Assembly: GCA_013265495.1 (NCBI GenBank)
Contig: MU058065.1
Location: 4,071,003-4,135,002, forward strand
Source: Vicugna vicugna
Lineage: Eukaryota
Length of the DNA: 64,000 bases
Direction: 5' to 3'
Under the pieces are notes generated by a model that worked only from the letters and a program-made list of their open reading frames with translations, was not told the origin of the DNA and made no database searches. The translations under genes were made by a program, and so were the position numbers. Below, piece by piece: positions 27,784 through 40,589 of this stretch. Each line of letters opens with the position of its first letter. Position 1 is the first letter of the stretch.

Positions 27784-30024
27784 CCTAATCCAATTGCCAC
27801 TGAAACTGCCCCATTTCTGTCACCCAGTCACTTTGACAGAAAGTTCTGCATTTAATCCTGAGTTGCTACTCTTCTTTTCTGTTTTCCTCACCTTTCCCAC
27901 TCCATTCAACCTCTTGGGTTTTTTTCCTGGGAAATTTCTGTTCACTGATTATTTTCTTCACTCCTTTTACCACCATATTTGCCTGCATGCGCTTGGGTTA
28001 CAAAATGATAGTTTTACTGCTCTTAGCAGCTCAAGTCTCTTTTCCCTCCTATCCTTACACTCTACTGCTAAATTAAATTTCCTCAAATACTGTTTTCCCC
28101 ACGTCAGACATTTTCAATGGCAACTTTCTAGAGCATCTCTGTCTTAAGATTCCTTAGCAGTTGGGCCCTTACCACAACGTTCCTTTCATGTTCTGTGTGA
28201 ACTTTCCACTCTGCCAAATTATTCTATTTTTTAAAACTCCATTTTTTTGTTCTAAAAGAGGTGACTTTTAGATTAAATAATTCCACTATACTAATAGTCC
28301 TATCTAATAGACAGCAAAGTCATTGATTAGTTAACCATGAACAAAAATTGGTTTATCTTTTTGTTTTGCTTTGTTTTATGTCATTCTTTAATTTCTAGAG
28401 TTCTGAATAAGTTGACTTTGACAATTTTTGCTAGTGTTCCATTGTTTTTCTAGAGGAGTGGATTTTAAAATGTCCTTCTACCACCATTCCAGAAATGTTT
28501 TCAGCGATTTCTTAAAAAAAAAGGGTTTTTTTTATCTTTTTGGAGCTTCTATCCTAGACATTTTGTAACATATCTGAGGATTCTGGAGCCAAACTAACTG
28601 GAATCAGTCCTTGTCTCTATCACTTCCTAGCTTAGGCAAGTTACTTCACTTTCCCATCTGTAAAATTGGCTATCAGTAAAGCTTACTTTATAGAGTTGCT
28701 GTGTAACTTAGATTAGTCCCCAGCATATAGTAAGCACTAAAATATTCTCTACTATTCCAAAAGAAAAGACAAGAGAGCTATTTCAGTCCTTTAGAAACTG
28801 ACATTAAGAATTTATTCCTGATGTATACTGCTAATAATGTTATTGTGTGTATTGGTGTGACAGTCAATGTGATACCTAATCATTTAATCAGTTACTGAAT
28901 ATTTTCTGAAAATATCAACCAGATTTTTCTTTATGTATATTTATATATCCATTTCTTTTTTTCTGAGAGACCAAACAGATTTTGGAAACCTGAAAATTCG
29001 TACAAGATGTAAAACCTCGGTATATTCACTATTCCCAGATCAGCCAGGGTCTCCTTGTTGCCAGGGTTATCAAGTTTCCAAAGTTCAGCATCCAGCGTGT
29101 TCACTATTCATTAATACATGGCTCTGCTCTACGTGGGGAAACTGTAAAAAGAAATTAAGAGCAAACCAGACCCAAGAATAAAGGATAGGCTTGCTTCCTC
29201 CTTTTCATCTTTTCCCAGTTTCAAAATTTTTCACTGTAGCTCCCTATGGGTGGGTTGAGAGGTGGAGCATTTCATAAGCAATTTATTTTGAAATTAGTGA
29301 GGAATAGGGGGAGGTCTCACCTTTCTCCCTAAACCTGGACTTCCTTGCAGAGTTGCTGTTGTCTCCCTGTCTTTGCCTTCTTTCCCCTGGGTGGCCTCTC
29401 TATTCCTGAGTGACAGTAAGAGCATGGAAGCTGAACAGTTGGGACCACGTGGACATGTAACTACATGACTTTGTTGCCTGGTGTGCAGGCACCAAATAAC
29501 CATTTTATTTCGTAGCTCAAATTCTTCCCTCTTGCCATCGCCTCTGTGCTGTATCAAACTCTCCCTAAGTCCTGTCTCAAGCATCACCCTCTTAAGTGGA
29601 GCTAGTAGAACAAGTGAGGATCTGCCTGTAATTACTGCTTAATTCATTTGCATGTGGATGTTCTCATTATAATGTCATTAGCATGGGGAGGGTGTCTGGT
29701 TGCCAGAGCAACCAGGAGTGGGGCAGGTGCAGTTCAGCCTCAAATGGATTCTCGTCTGTTTGGTCAAACTCCACCTGTATTCCTGGCTCTTATCACTCTT
29801 GTGGTTGCCAAAATGAAAACATTCCACAGCTTCTTGAAATCAGCTTTATTTCTTTATTTCGGCTGTGTCTCTGGAATGTCTTGGTAACCTGTACAGCTCT
29901 GCCTGAAGTTACTAAAATCTTCTTGTATTTTAACTAGCCATGCTTGAGGACTTTAGCTCCTCCTTGCCACATATGGCTTTTGAGTCCTTGAAATGAAGTT
30001 AGTTGGAATTGAGATATGCTGCAA

Positions 30025-30250
30025 GTAACACACAAAGGTCTTCAAAGACAGTATGAAAAAAAAGAGGGTAAATTATCTCAATAAATTTTTAAATTTTGAT
30101 TATATGTTGAAGTAGTCATATTTCAGACATATGGGGTTAAATACAATATATTATGAACTTTTTTATTTGATGAATTAACTACTGAAATATTTAAAATTAC
30201 ATATATGGCTCATCTATATGCCCCATGTCATATTTTTATGAACAGCACTG
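30025..30250. mobile_element. hAT-Charlie MITE, MER33-like
   Basis: aaattatctcaataaattttt...ttgattatatgttgaag...ggggttaaatacaatatatt...aaaattacatatatggctca...aacagcactg. Confidence 0.65.
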
Positions 30251-30399
30251 TTGTAGATAATAGATTCCTCTTCTAGTCTCCCTTGTGATCCATGCTACTT
30301 TCTTAACCCTTACAGACATTTACAATGGCTGACATCCATGCAGAACTTCTAGAACTTTCTAGGTTACCTAGCAATTTCCTTGTTTTAACCATCATTTCA

Positions 30400-32450
30400 T
30401 AAATTCTCTAATAGGTTAAGGAATTCAATTTTCCCATCAATGCAGGAATTCCCTCTTTAAGCAATGCTGGTGGGTGGTTAAGCAGGCTCTGCTTGACTCT
30501 TTCCTTGGGGGCCCCAGTTTATAGAACATCAGATAGACAAAAACTCAAATTATAAGAACATTTTCCCTTACATTGACAAGAAATCTGCTCCTTTTGTGAA
30601 AGCTACCCACTAATCTTAGTTCTGCCCTTGGGAAAAAAAGAAAGTAAGGGTGCTTCTCTTCCACATGACAGCCCTCCGTTTACTTGAAGACAGCTGTCAT
30701 GGTCTGCTAAGCTAAGCCCCTCTTTGTTACACATCACCCACTCCCCTCAACAATTTCTCATAAGCCATGGCCTCGAGGCTCAAGCCTCCTTGTTGCCCTT
30801 CTCCAGATTTTTGTCATTTGTCAATGTCCTTGTAAAAGGGGGTAATCTAGAAAGGGACATCCAGCTCCAGATGTGCTGCACACTGTGTAGGAGACAGTAA
30901 GACTGCTCCGTCTCTTCATCCGGACACAAGAGCTTGGTTTATTCAGCCCAAGGTTTGTTTCCTCACCTCCTCTGACTCATTGTTGACACATGTTGAGCTT
31001 CTCATCCACTCAACCTAACAGATCTTTTTTTCCTATAAACTAGTATGAAGTCATAGCTTCTTTTCTTTTACTGAAGTGTAGCCAGTTTACAATGTTGTGT
31101 AGTTTCCGGTGTACAGCATAGTGATGCAGTTATACATATATATATATTCCACTTCATATTTTTCATTATAGGTTATTACAAAGTATTGAATATAGTTCCC
31201 TGTGCTATACAGTATAAACTTGTTGTTTATCTATTTTATATATAGTAGCTAGTATCTGCAAGTCCCAAATTCCTAGTTTATCCCTTCACCCCCACCTTCT
31301 ACCTTGATAACCACAAGTTTGTTTTCTATGTCTGTGAGTCTGTTTCAGTTTTGTAATTAAGTTCACTTGTCTCATTTTTTTTAATTCCACGTATAAATGA
31401 TATCATTTTTTTTCCCTCTTTCTGGCTTACTTCACTTGGTATGACAATCTCCAGGTCCATCCATGTTGCTGCAAATGGCATTATTTTACTAAGTCATAGT
31501 GTCTTTATCCTAGCCTTATAAAATCGATCTTTTAAAAAAAATTTAACTCAAGATTTTACATTTATCTCAGTAAAATTTTACATGTGGGTTTTATTCCAAG
31601 ATAATGTTGTCTCGTTCTTGCTCAGTAAATTAGTGATTCTTCTCCGTTGTGTGCCAGTAAAAAAGATGTGATAAACTTGCTTTCGATGTCATCTTACTCC
31701 CTGATAAATGTGTTGAACTAGACAGAGCCATCTTGTCCATTAATAAGGAGACTTTGTCAACGGTCTTTCTAAAATCAAGATACACTATGGTGTTATCTCA
31801 TCAAACTATTCTACCAGAAAAGAATAGCAGTCAATAACTATTTATTGTGTGCCTCCAATGGCCAGAAATTTTCTAGGCATTGAGGAATGACTTGAATTTA
31901 GTGAAACAATTCTGATGCTTAGCGTTCACTTCTTTCTCTACATTTTCCCAAGCCGTGTCTGTACCAATCTGCTAGGACTGTCAGGACATTTTGCCAAAGA
32001 TCATTATTAATGTTATTGGTTTATAATTTCTGTAGTTCAACCTTTTTACTTTTCAAATAACAAGACAGCATTTGCAGCTTGCCACTTTTTCCACATCCTA
32101 CTCATTTTCAGGGTGTCTTAAATGTTATCAGCCATTATTCCATAAGCATACCTGTAAGTTGCTGTATTTTCCTGGGGAAGTTTTGAACTGCACTTGGAGA
32201 CTGATAGTTATTTAAAGTTGCTCTCCCTTCTCTTCTTCCTTTCCCTCATTCCAGGGAAACTCTATCTGCCTTGGTTACATTGTAGCCTGTCATCTAATAT
32301 AGAGACTAATTGGTGACTTCTTACCTTTTCCATCTTTCTCCCTTCCTTTTCCAGTTTGAAAGCCTATTTCTTTATCTCAGTGAAAAAGAAGAGAAATTAA
32401 GCTCAATAGGACTTCTGCCTTCTTTCCTTTATTATTAATATTATAGCATC
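30400..32450 (-). mobile_element. Ancient CR1/L3 LINE remnant, interrupted by an L1
   Basis: Reverse strand near 30845-30878 reads (A)HLELDVPF*, a decayed CR1 PHLEYCVQFW motif; other L3-like phrases include gaagacagctgtcatg and ctaaaatcaagatacact. Confidence 0.55.
31064..31490 (-). mobile_element. 5'-truncated L1 3' end with ~16-bp TSD
   Basis: aatatagttccctgtgctatacag...ctccaggtccatccatgttgctgcaaatggc; aagtcatagcttcttt (31048-31063) vs aagtcatagtgtcttt (31491-31506). Confidence 0.88.
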
Positions 32451-34682
32451 TTTCCCCAGGCATGATCAACAGTATGTTCTTTATTTAATTTATGAAGGCA
32501 AAAGGGACATCTAGTTTGATAAATAACTTTCATCAAGATAAAGAGACTAGATTCCAGGAGGCTCTCTTGGTTTCTATACCTGGATTTACTAGGAGATCAT
32601 TTGGAAATTTAGCCTTCTTGTTTTTCTCTTCTACACTCTGTTTCTAACTTGTAAAGATGTAAAAATGTAGTCAATTAAACTGAAAAAAATTAGACAGATT
32701 GTCATCAGATTGTCTATAGAAACAGTCCATTGAATTTCTCTAATTTAAGATGATTTTTTTTGTAGCTTCTGCAGAAGAATGTAATATCTTGATGTTATTA
32801 AATGGACTGCTAAAAATGTTAAACTCATTATTTTATTCTAAGATCAATGTTTGCATTATAACCTGTATTTCATGTGTGTATATGCCACAGAGGTTGGCAA
32901 AAGTTGTATGGTTATTAATGGTCCAGTGCTGTATACTGAAATCTTTTGCAGAACAGTGTTACAGGGTCCCAGAGGAAAAGTTCTAAATAAGTGCGTTTGA
33001 AGAAGAGGATGATAAATTGTCACTATCTATGTTGCCAAAAAGTAAGTGATTATATATAATTGGATGAATCTTGAAAGGTACTGTAAGCTATGAGTTTAGT
33101 CTTCTGCATTTATAAATGTTACATCCACACTTAGATTGTACCTACTCATGTAATGAGAAGGCAAACTGTGAAAGAGTAATTTGACTAATTCAGTCAAAAT
33201 TATCATATCAATCATTTGGATATTTCAGAAGAAAGTTTTAAGTGCCTGAATTATGGAAATAATTACTTCATTTCTCCATTGCCTTTTTTCTGTGCATATG
33301 AAGAGATAATCTGATAGACTGTTTTATTTTTTTCTTTTCAGAAAAAGACAGCATTTAAAATTGGGAACCTCCCAATATAATCTCTGAAAACCTTTCATAA
33401 TTTTGCATCTGGCTTCTTTTGATAAATATTATCTTCTCATTCTTATAGCAATTTTTCCAAAACAAAGAGCATCTTTTATCTAAAGTTATTTGTCAGTATA
33501 ATGTAAATTAAAAATTGAAGCATAATATTGTAGATTACTTCCCTGCAATATTTCAAAAACAGCCCTGAGTTGAGTTGAATCATCCTGGCTTACTTCACTC
33601 AGTTAAAAATCAGTAAACATGAAAGAACCTAGATACTGATGGTAATTTTATTCATGTCTCAGATTTACAATAACCTCAAATTATTTTGTTTGATTTGTTT
33701 TTCCACCAATAATTTAGTTCAATTTATCACTATACAAAATCTGAATAGGTTATCAAAGTATTGAAATACAAATTCTTTTAGGAAACCTGTCATTCTGAGA
33801 TTGTCCTTATTTTTGCTCCCAATAAAAGATTTTATTACAATCTGCAGGAAAATTTTCTAACTAAAAGAAAGCAATAGATTGACTAATTAAAAATGCATCC
33901 ATCTGTTGGTTTGCTCGTTGCCTTGCTATTTGAAAAATGCAGATCTAAGTGGGTTGTTTTATTTATGAAGACCCTCTAACTGTGAGAGTTATGAATTCAT
34001 ACGCTTGCATTCACCAAACATAATAAAGGTTAACATTATAACAAAAGTTAAATACACAGAGCATTTCGTATATTTCTTTAATAGGTTTGAATTTTTAAAC
34101 ATATAATTTTGGAAAATAGAGCTTGTTATATAAAATGCAAAATAGTTTTCAACTGTTCTCCTTATAGAGTTTTTACAGAAACTAAGATTTTCATACAAAA
34201 ACATCAAGTTGCATATGACCCATTCACTGTTTGCTTTGTTTCTGAATAGCAGATAATTACTTTGAAGTGATTGACTATGAAGCTTTATTCTTCCTCAAAG
34301 AAGAAGTGTGAAAATTGGTAGAACTCAAATTTTAGCATTGAAAGGAACCATCAAGATGACCTAGATTGAAAACTGAGGCTTAAAGAGATGTGACTACTTG
34401 CCTAAAATCAAACAATCCAGAATCTTAAGTTTCTTGATTTCTTAATATGGCATTTTTTTTTAAACTGTTGAACATTTTTTTCTTAGTACCCTGAGTTAAA
34501 CTGTTTGATTTTTGTGCTCTGCTTTGTTAAATTATAAACAGAATCTACACTCCATTCATTAAGATTTTGTCTTCTGTATTTGGGAGAGAGAAGTTTTAAC
34601 TAATAGCTGTATTTCCATATAAATTTCAGGTGTAGGAAAAATACTATGGCTCAAATTTTGTGATAGCCAAGCAAAGAAGCAA

Positions 34683-34687
34683 TGTGT

Positions 34688-34720
<33 letters not shown>
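34683..34720. repeat. (TG)n microsatellite, one interruption
   Basis: Read directly from the sequence. Confidence 0.95.
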
Positions 34721-34994
34721 CAGATAAACCCCAACATATAAAATATCTAAATATAAAAACTGATTCATCTCTGCAAGAGTTGGTGTACAGGAAAAAAATT
34801 CCCCATGGACCAACAGTGAGTCTACCTCTGAATTTAAAACTAATAACAAATGGAAACGGTAAATTTTGGTGGAAAATTTCTTATGAGCCTCTTTAAAAAC
34901 ATCTTTCAGACAGTTATATTAAATAATAGAAATATACAGTCTAATTTTTAAAAATGGTTTAACAGTTATGTGCCTCCTCACCAAGTTAAGGTAC

Positions 34995-35130
34995 AATAAT
35001 ATTAACAATTATTTTGTGCCAGGCACTCTGTTTATGGCTGAGTATAGAGTATCTCCCTGAATTTCTATAACTGTCTTAAGGTGGGCACTATTATTAGTCC
35101 CATTTTACAGATGAAGAAACTGAGGCTCAC
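34995..35130 (-). mobile_element. MIR SINE fragment
   Basis: tgtgccaggcactctg...attattagtcccattttacagatgaagaaactgaggctca. Confidence 0.8.
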
Positions 35131-38100
35131 ACTAAGGCATACATTTCCCTCCTAGAGTGTGATAAATGTAAAGAGAATTATTGTGTGGGGGATGAAGAGC
35201 GGAAAACATGAGAACTGAGATGAGGTTAAATACTGGATGGACAGTTAGCGTGTCTTAACTAAATGTTTCTCTCTCCTGCTTCAGCCATAGAGTATATAAT
35301 TTGAACTTGGGTCTCAATAAAGTTTAAAATCACAAGTCATGGACAGTCGAGGTTACTCTCAAATGGTCAAATCCTTCAACATGAACTATTTCTATGAGTC
35401 TATTATGCCATATACATGAAGTAATAGATTTTTATACAATGCTTAATTCTGACGGTAATTTTTAAAAGTCAGATAATTCTCAATTTTCTTTGATTCCTAA
35501 AAAAAAAAAAAACGGAAAAAAATGTAAAAGCATTAGTTTCTCTAAACTTCATTTTAATCATCAATTTGAATTTTCGAAACCGTCGTACTTTTAAGCACAC
35601 TTGATAACAAATAGATAAACTATTTTTGTTTGTTTTGGGTTTTATTCCTCTCCGTGTTCGAGGTAGTCAAACAAATCAGCTAGAAAAAGAAGCCAGTGTC
35701 GGTGGCTTTGGGGGACAGTCTTCAAGTTCCTGAAATCAAAAGTGGACTGCAGAGACAGTGAGGACTGTAATTAGATACTCTGCTTACAGAAGTGGGCACA
35801 TTTGTCCAGTATGGTGTAACCCAAGGCCGTTCATTTTGGGTTGGCAGCAAGCAAATAATTGTGTGAAAAATCTACATTTATTTCCCCAAATGGCTATAAT
35901 GAATGGACCCCATAAGGAAAGCCGATGCAAATCCTATGTGGTTACAGAAAAAAAGTAAACCTCCCAAAATTTGGGGAAAATTTTCGCCATCAGTCAGTTC
36001 AATTTTATTGCATAGGTTAATTGCAACCTGATTCATTGATGAAAACGCATATAAGAAAAGATCCCTTCATGCACAATATGACCACCTACTAAAATTCATT
36101 TTTATGCTTATTATCTCCCAAATTAAATACCCTGAACATAAATGGAAAAATGCACGTTTTCCATGGTGAAGAAAGAATTAAGGAGAAATTCAATCATATG
36201 GACTTGAAAGAGAAAATCAATAACTTATTTTGAAGTTCCAAGAGGCAATTTTATACAGATGCCGGTTTTTAAGGAGTTTATTTTTTTCTATCCTTTCCCC
36301 TCTCCCCTGTACAAATTGCTTTTATTCTGAGTTAGAAGGCAAGATGGTATTACTGCAAGGCATATTCTTTAGAGATAATGAACCTCAGTGGCTTGCCAAG
36401 AGCACTTCTGGGTTTGTGTGAGTTTGTGCCTAAGTGTGTGCATATGTGTGTGTGATATTTGTACAGATAATCTCCAAGTACACTTTGTGTTAAAACACAC
36501 CAAACCAGCCCAAATTGAATTCTAAAGACGAATATTATTCTTGGCATTATCTTACTAAGAAGACAATTTACTAAGAGCTTATTTCTATCCACAACGAAGT
36601 GTAATTTATTGGGGGTTTCCAGAGCTTTAAAATATTAATTCCGAGTACTACTTCATTTGTTCTCACCAATTTCATCAGTCTGAAAATTAATCAACTGTCA
36701 AAAAAGTTGAACTCTAAGTGATATTAGATTTAAATTATGCATGTGTATTTTATCAGAATATGAAGAGCAAAACATACGACAGGATTTTAAATAAGTAAAT
36801 TATCTTTGAAGAAGAATCTGTGTAAACTGAGAACAATCAATAAGATGGCCTTAATTTTAAAAGTTAAAGGCTCTCCTATCTTGGCAACTCAGTTATATGT
36901 GTGTGTGTATATTTTCCAGAATCCTTTACATTTAAATTTGTTCTGTTTTTTTTTTTACACTAAAGACCAAAAGGAGCACTGTTTTTGAAGATTAACTGTG
37001 TTCAGGAAAAAAAAGAATCACAAAATTGTTTTCTTGGTAATTATTAGCTTTGCACTCAACAGGTTTAAGGCATTGGTGAGTCAAACATTTGCTGAACATT
37101 CCCCATGGAGTTGCCAACCATCTGTGTTAACATCTCAAATAAGCTCCAGGGTTATAAAGTTATTTGCTTAGGTTTATCGGTTACACCCTTGCCCCTGAAA
37201 AACTACTGCATGCCTTTTGCCTGGTGGATGAGAAACCCAACTGCTACAAGCGACAGTGCTCCCAGACCCACAGCCAAACAGATAATTTATACAGGATGAT
37301 AAAGTATGACATTCAAATGTACATCTTTCATGCTTTCTACTTTTGTATCTTCCTATCTTCAAGAAAACAAAAAATAAAAAATAGAAATGTAATAAAAGTA
37401 AAACTTAAGTATAGCTAATGCAAAAAGTAAAGTATAATACATTACCATGTCATAATGTATTAAATATTTCAGATGGCATGTACCTCAGTCGAAACAGAGG
37501 CAACTGTATTTCATTTCCTATGCAGGGTGGAAATTAATCTGTTTATTTTCAGAGAATATCAGGGCTCCCAGTGATTTTAGTGTAAACTTGGAACATTTTG
37601 TTTAAAAATCCTGCAACTTTAGCTGATCAGGAATATGATGTTAAATTTTAGAGACTCTTATAAAATCAGAATGCAGATGGCACCAAATAAAAACAAAGTA
37701 ATTAAAATAAGGCTTATGTCTTAATTCAAGCTCCTTTTCTAGAGATCGGAATTTTGATTTGTGCTAATGACCTATCTGACTTTTCAGTCACGTAATCTAC
37801 TGTACAAATAAAAATGTCTCAATAGTGGGGCTTCGTATTATAGGATGCAACCTCCTTCCAAAATTAAGACATTACATTATACAGGATGCAATCCGTGCAA
37901 GGGCATTCCTCCAATTAGCAAAAACAAATGTTTCCAAATAATTTTATGAAGAGATGTTAGTACTTACAGGTCAGCTAAGAATCAGTCATTCGAAGAAAGG
38001 GGAAGCTAGACACTGATCACTCACACGAGGAGAGAAACCAGGACTGTTCTTGAGCACCAACGCCCGAAAAAATTCAGCGAGGGAGCTTTATTCTTTGCAT

Positions 38101-40118
38101 CAACAAGCCTTTGGAATGCTTGCCATCCCAGGGTGCTTTTATATCACATAGGTGCTGGGTTACTGATGTGGGGGTTTAGTATATGTGTTTGCAGTTTTGC
38201 CTGGGTTTGAGAAAGCCATTTGGAAGAGGTGTGGACCGAAACCCTCCCTCTGGTAGTCTCCCATCCCCAGCTTTTGAAGAAGAATTGGTTACGTCCTCCC
38301 CCGCAAGCCCTTTTCCATCAAAATGTAGTGCTGGCCTCAGGAGGCCTCAGCACACAAAGCTTCCATCCAAGACTGTCACTTGACTGACAGCTAAAAGGTT
38401 GCAGGGAGATGGACAGCTGTGTGTAGGTGGACATGGAGAAAACAGAGAGCTAAGCAGATTCAATCAGAATACAGCAAGAGGAAGGTTCTAAATCACAGAC
38501 CCTTTCAGACTTAGAAGCCTTGAGAAGCTTCAAAGCCAGCTAGCCTTATTTTTAATCAAAGTCAGGTTTTAAAACAAGTACCCAAGTTTATAGATAGATG
38601 GATATCTATAATACATAAATATATATAGCAAAGTGGCACAAGAACTGTATTGCTTAAGAAAGTTATAAATGGAAAGACCCAAAGCATCCTGAATTGCCTT
38701 TGCAGTTCAACCTGCAGGGTGATTTCTGCATTGTAAATTTAGTTCTCAGAATAGCTTATCCAGGGTGGCCTGCTAAGCAGGGTAGGCACAGATAGGCATT
38801 TATCAAACCATTGTACCTGATAACAATCCGACTGAAAACTATAAAAGCCTTAGATGAGAACATGATGAGACACACGGGGGAAATGCGGCCCAGCTGTACT
38901 GAGCTGCAGCAAACTGACCATTTAATGGGACAGACTTGATTAATTTCCTGTCGATGATCAATGACCTCTGATAGGTATCTAATGTGATACAAACAGACAG
39001 GTTGAAGCTGCTCCAACGGGACTTCACTCTTAAAGTCAATGTCCGTTTGTGTCCTTCTTATAATCACCTGTGCATGTTCTGGTTCAAATTTGTTTTAATT
39101 CTGAGCTGCAAGAGATAGAGACTTGAAAGTGAGGCCATGCATATTAAGCCACATGTTAATCCTGAATGTCAGAGTGAAGCATCATGTCTCAGGAGATAAA
39201 TCCTGTGTTCTTCATTATGTGCAAATATTCCATATAGAAGAAAAATTTATCCCAAACTGATACAACTGAGTCTCCAATCCAGCTAGAGACAGATGCTTAA
39301 GGGTGTTCTTCTTAAAAGACTAATTTAAATAATAAATGGTGTGGGAATAACATTCTCTGTATTTTAACGCCAAATTTTTAACTCCTTCTCACATTGCCCC
39401 CCAAAAAGAAAACCTGGGGTGCGTACACAGAGACTTGAATAAGAAGAAAAACAAACGGTCCAGTTGATATACTTTAAATGTCAGTTTGAGTCAAATGATC
39501 CGTTACTAACTGAATTTCTTTTTACCTCCCTCTTCAAATAACTCATTGTTGGTCTGAATTTCAGCCAATTTATTTGTGCAGATTTAGTCAGGATCTAAGA
39601 AAAAGTGATGCCACATATAACAAAGGGGAAGAGTTACTTAGTATATTTTAAAGTTGTACAATGTAGGTTTGCACATAGATTCCTGAGTTAGCATTTATTT
39701 TGTATGAATTCTTCATTGTTTTTAAACATCCTATGTCCAAATAATGCCAGTTCTAACCAAACCATGTTTATGAACCTCACTTTGTATTTCTTTATATGGG
39801 GAATTTATTTACATTCAATTAATTTTAATACAATTTTATGGATTTGCTTTGGAACTCAAGTAGTATGTAATTCAGAAAACAAAAAGCCTATACTATGTTT
39901 CTTGTAGTTTTGACTGAATTTCCTTTTAAGTCCTCTTGAATAAACAGTCAAGAGGCATAATCTGTTGCAGGGAAAAGGTTTTCCCTATCTATGAATTGGC
40001 ATTTATGATTAGGTGAAAGAAATAAAATATAAATATAATTTCAAAAGCAACATTTTCTCTACGAGTATGCTTATAAAATTCCATTAAGTAAACAAGCATT
40101 TAAAAATTGATATTGTAC

Positions 40119-40589
40119 TGTTGACTGAAAAAAAAAAACACACACACACATCCTTAAAGTTGAGAATTATGTTTTATTAAGGGCATTATTGAGAACTAAA
40201 GCCCGGGAAAGCAGCCTCTCATATAGCTCTGAGGAGCTTGTTCCAAAGAGGTAAGGGAGGAGCCAGCATATATAAGAGTTTTGGGGGGGGGGGAACATGT
40301 AGTCAAACATCAAAACATTACTGCTAATCACAAAAAAACCAAACATCTCAAGTTAAGGATTTTAGTCATTTTCTGTGTGTGGGAAGATGCAAGATTCTGG
40401 GCCTGTTGAAATGATGTCTTTGATATGCATCTTAACTATCTAGAGCCAGTATCCTGTTTATCTCCACCCTGAGATCCCCTCAGGGTGCACCACCCTGAGC
40501 AGAGCAGCCGCTGCGGCTGATGACTTGATGGTGGGCAAAATTCATTGCTTACTGAAATGACAAGCAACAAATTATTTTTTTTGTCCGCA
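40119..40589 (-). mobile_element. Solo ERV LTR (471 bp, ERV1-like)
   Basis: TG...CA termini flanked by exact 4-bp TSD gtac (40115-40118 and 40590-40593); reverse AATAAA at ~40173-40178. Confidence 0.85.
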
